IMG/VR virus record: IMGVR_UViG_3300002059_000001
Coordinates: 1-42,653 of that record
DNA: 42,653 bases
Reading direction: 5' to 3' (one strand)
From: a virus
In this document: positions 40,251 to 42,653 of the stretch, in pieces
Layout: every line of letters starts with the position of its first letter
How positions within the stretch are numbered: position 1 is the stretch's first letter
The notes under the pieces: model-generated
What the model saw: the letters and a program-made list of their open reading frames with translations, nothing else
Told to the model about the DNA's origin: nothing
Databases searched by the model: none
Program-made: the position numbers and the translations under genes

Positions 40251-41726
40251 ATGCCAGTATTCGAAACAGAACCCGACGACCTCGGCCGGCGACAGAGGAT
40301 CGATCCGAGCTCCGCCGAAGCTGAGTCCGCTCTTCTCGGAATTATGCTCCGGGATAACCTCGCCGTCTACGCCGAGATCCGGGATATCATTAAGCCCGAA
40401 CACTTCTATCTCTCGACTCATGTCATGTTGGCGGAGCGAATGTTCGCGCTCTCCCGCAGAGGACAGCTCGCCGACGCTATCGTTATGAAAAACCGCCTAG
40501 CGCAGACGGAAGATCTCGTCGATATCGGCGGCGTCGAATATCTCGCTCTCCTCGTCGATAATGCCCCTCCGGCGAGAACGGCTCCGGAATACGCTCGCCT
40601 CGTCGCGGATATGTTCTCTCGCCGAGCTCTCATACGGTTAACCGAGGACGTCCTTAAGACCGCGAACGATCCAGATTCGGAGGAGAGCGCGGAAGACATG
40701 GTCTCGAGATACGGGGCCGAGCTCGGCGTCGTGCAAGAGACGTTCCCGAGCTCCGCGCGGTTTATCACAATGCAGGAAGCCGCTCGACAGGCGGCCGAGG
40801 CTATCGGCGAGGACCGCGCGATGGGCATAAACACCGGTTACGACGAGCTCGATAATAAGCTCGCCGGCCTCGGTCGAGGGAAGTTAATCGTTATCGCTGG
40901 ACGGCCGTCTATGGGGAAGACCTCCCTCGTTACCAATATCGCGCGCAATGTCGCGAAGGAGATAGCCTTCGAAGATGGATCTCCCGTCCCCGGTAAGGTC
41001 GGGTTCTTCTCTCAGGAAATGCCGGCTCTCGAGCTCGGAGAGAGATCCCTATCGGCCGAGCTCGGTCCGAAGGAGGAGATCGAATATCGAGACATTACCG
41101 CGCACGACCTAACGTCTTCGAAGACAGCTCGGGTCCGTAGCGCGGTCGAGGACGTCTCAGACCATGTTCTAATCGACGAGACCGCGGGTCTTACCTATTC
41201 CGAGCTCGAGAAGCGCGCTCGAGCTATGGAGAAGCAGCTCGGAGGCCTCGACGTCCTCGTCGTGGATTACTTACAGCTTATGGAAGGAACCGACGCTCCG
41301 GACCCTCGCTCCGACGTGAAGTATTACGGCTGGATCTCGAACAATCTTAAGAAGCTCGCTAAGAAGATGAATATCGCCGTTCTCCTTCTCTCTCAGCTCT
41401 CCCGGAAGGTCGAGGACAGAGAGAACAAGCGGCCGCGAAAGGCCGACCTTAAAGGATCCGGAACTATCGAGGACGCGGCCGACGTAATTCTATTCGTCTT
41501 CCGTCCCGAGTATTATCTCGTCGAAGCCGGCGAGCCCGAAGGCCGGGAGAAGAAGGAGGCTTATTTTAAGGCTCTGAATTTTGCCAAAAATAAGATGGAT
41601 ATAATTATCGGGAAGAATAAAGGCGGACCGCTCGGCGTCGTCCCTCTCCGATGTTTCCTACCATATGACATAATTACAGAACTCGCCGACGACGGAGAAG
41701 GACTAGACGAAGAGATAGCGTTCTGA
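40251..41726 (+). CDS. dnaB: replicative DNA helicase (DnaB family)
   Basis: N-terminal PSSAEAESALLGIML, Walker A GRPSMGKTS, VVDYLQLM and LLLSQLSR motifs. 491 aa. Confidence 0.93.
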   Translation: MPVFETEPDDLGRRQRIDPSSAEAESALLGIMLRDNLAVYAEIRDIIKPEHFYLSTHVMLAERMFALSRRGQLADAIVMKNRLAQTEDLVDIGGVEYLALLVDNAPPARTAPEYARLVADMFSRRALIRLTEDVLKTANDPDSEESAEDMVSRYGAELGVVQETFPSSARFITMQEAARQAAEAIGEDRAMGINTGYDELDNKLAGLGRGKLIVIAGRPSMGKTSLVTNIARNVAKEIAFEDGSPVPGKVGFFSQEMPALELGERSLSAELGPKEEIEYRDITAHDLTSSKTARVRSAVEDVSDHVLIDETAGLTYSELEKRARAMEKQLGGLDVLVVDYLQLMEGTDAPDPRSDVKYYGWISNNLKKLAKKMNIAVLLLSQLSRKVEDRENKRPRKADLKGSGTIEDAADVILFVFRPEYYLVEAGEPEGREKKEAYFKALNFAKNKMDIIIGKNKGGPLGVVPLRCFLPYDIITELADDGEGLDEEIAF

Positions 41727-41742
41727 CAGAGAGCACCCCAAG

Positions 41743-41780
41743 AAAAAACCCCTCGACTCGGGCGCGACCAGAACGAGGGG
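41743..41780 (-). terminator. second leftward-oriented hairpin plus T6
   Basis: cccctcg (41749-41755) / cgagggg (41774-41780) with an 18-nt loop. On the minus strand it is followed by TTTTTT (plus-strand A6 at 41743-41748). Confidence 0.35.
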
Positions 41781-41796
41781 CTTAATCAGTCTCAGG

Positions 41797-41820
41797 AAAA
41801 AGACCTTCGACCCGAAGGTC
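41797..41820 (-). terminator. Rho-independent terminator oriented leftward
   Basis: Perfect 8-bp stem gaccttcg (41802-41809) / cgaaggtc (41813-41820). On the minus strand it is followed by TTTTT (plus-strand A5 at 41797-41801). No U-run on the plus strand. Confidence 0.55.
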
Positions 41821-41860
41821 GAACATTAAACAGCTAACCGATGAAAGTAACCGCCTAATG
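41797..41860 (-). ncRNA. candidate ~65-nt leftward small RNA (oop-like) between dnaB and the initiator gene
   Basis: Minus-strand TTGTTA (41895-41890), a 17-nt spacer, then TATATC (41872-41867) form a promoter-like element. A terminator hairpin with a U-run follows about 45-70 nt downstream. No minus-strand ORF is present here. Confidence 0.3.
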
Positions 41861-41925
41861 CAAACCGATATAAAGACCTCTCCCCCTATTAACAAGTCTG
41901 GATATCTATCGAGGAGATCTTCGAT

Positions 41926-42653
41926 ATGAGTATCGCAGTAACGAGCCTCATTCTGTCCCGTAAGGTCGGCGGTCCGACCCGGAAGATCATTCTCCTAATG
42001 CTTGGCGATTGCGCTAACGACGACGGCTCCGGGATATGGCCTAGCAAGTCGACAATCGCCGCGAAGACAGAGGTCCACCGCGACACAGTTAAAAAACACA
42101 TTCGGGAAATGTGTAAGGATGGTCTATTAGTGAAGGTCGGCCGTCGACCGTGTTCGAATGGCTATACGACCGAATACTCGCTCGACGTCGCGAAGTTATT
42201 CTCGTTCCCGACGACGGGGGGAATTTTACACCCCGTAGGCGGAGAATCACCGGGAGGAGGTGACACAGACCCCGAGGACATGGGGGCCGACGACACCCCA
42301 AACCATAATAAACCGTCAATTACCCACCCGTCGGCGGAAGAGGTATTCGAAAAGCTATGGAAAGAAGTTCTAGCTATAACTCCGAACGAGATTAAAGGTC
42401 GACACGCTAAGAAGCCTTGTCTCGCCAAATTTAAGAAGATCTCGTCCCGTAAACGGGAACCTATAGCCGCGTCTCGCATAGCTCACGCCGTTTTATGGTA
42501 TTACGATCAAGATCCGCAGAAGAAGGACGACCGGCGATTTATGAAGGGTCTCGGTCCGGTCCTAAATGGCGAGGCGTTCGCGAATTACCTCGATAAGGGA
42601 CCGTTCAAGATCCGGACAGAAGAGGACGCCGAAGTCGAGGCTTGGAAGTTCCG
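41926..42653 (+). CDS. winged-helix replication-initiator-like protein, 5' part (wraps to 50..191)
   Basis: ATG at 41926 after gaggag. KIILLMLGDCANDDGSGIWPSKSTIAAKTEVHRDTVKKHIREMCKDGLLVKV is a typical phage HTH initiator/DnaD-like N-domain. The frame is open to the window end, so the ORF is absent from the track. Confidence 0.7.
   Translation, partial: MSIAVTSLILSRKVGGPTRKIILLMLGDCANDDGSGIWPSKSTIAAKTEVHRDTVKKHIREMCKDGLLVKVGRRPCSNGYTTEYSLDVAKLFSFPTTGGILHPVGGESPGGGDTDPEDMGADDTPNHNKPSITHPSAEEVFEKLWKEVLAITPNEIKGRHAKKPCLAKFKKISSRKREPIAASRIAHAVLWYYDQDPQKKDDRRFMKGLGPVLNGEAFANYLDKGPFKIRTEEDAEVEAWKF
42605..42653. repeat. 49-bp terminal direct repeat, copy 2
   Basis: Identical to bases 1-49. Confidence 0.97.

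Noticed and set aside
41763-41771. The 9-mer gcgaccaga in the loop of the 41749-41780 hairpin matches the core of the 16-bp control-region repeat.
   Set aside because: A single 9-nt match in about 85 kb of two-strand sequence is close to chance expectation. It is not enough to call a third operator.

Overview
The window is a complete, circularly closed tailed-phage genome. The first 49 bases are identical to the last 49, so the unique length is 42,604 bp. All functional calls come from reading motifs in the supplied translations; no database search was run.

Transcription splits into two divergent units at a quasi-palindromic control region around 38.33-38.48 kb.

The rightward (+) unit wraps through the window ends:
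- Small regulators, including an RHH protein, then RusA and a DnaB helicase.
- A winged-helix initiator-like gene that spans the window junction.
- A block of host-like regulators: a LexA DNA-binding-domain-only protein, a GcrA-like HTH protein and a MarR-like protein.
- A Lar-like protein, a papain/C39-like peptidase and an HNH endonuclease.
- A 257-bp non-coding candidate cos region.
- An HK97-type packaging and head module: P27 TerS, TerL, portal, S78 protease and major capsid.
- A lambda/GTA-like siphovirus tail module. Its chaperone gene carries a GGGAAAG -1 frameshift site. It also holds a 928-aa tape measure and a 2062-aa host-specificity protein.
- A lysis cassette with an M15 endolysin and an overlapping i-/o-spanin pair, ending at 26642.

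The leftward (-) unit runs from 38330 to 26658. It encodes a C5-cytosine methyltransferase, an XRE regulator, a RecE-like/RecT pair and DUF3310. It also carries an HNH nuclease, a second prohead-protease paralog that looks catalytically dead, a DUF5131 (Gp37/Gp68) protein, an ASCH protein, SSB and a NUMOD4-HNH homing-type endonuclease.

Genes are tightly packed, with many TAATG, ATGA and GTGA start/stop overlaps. No integrase, tRNA, rRNA or CRISPR array was seen. The LexA-like and GcrA-like sequences and the GTA-like tail genes point to an alphaproteobacterial host; this is an inference.

The most interesting items are:
- The modular tail protein, with three uninterrupted Ser/Ala heptad rods alternating with three CBM-like domains.
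- The non-cleavable LexA mimic.
- The early-operon pseudo-protease.
- A candidate oop-like leftward small RNA between dnaB and the initiator gene.
- The mirrored divergent control region.
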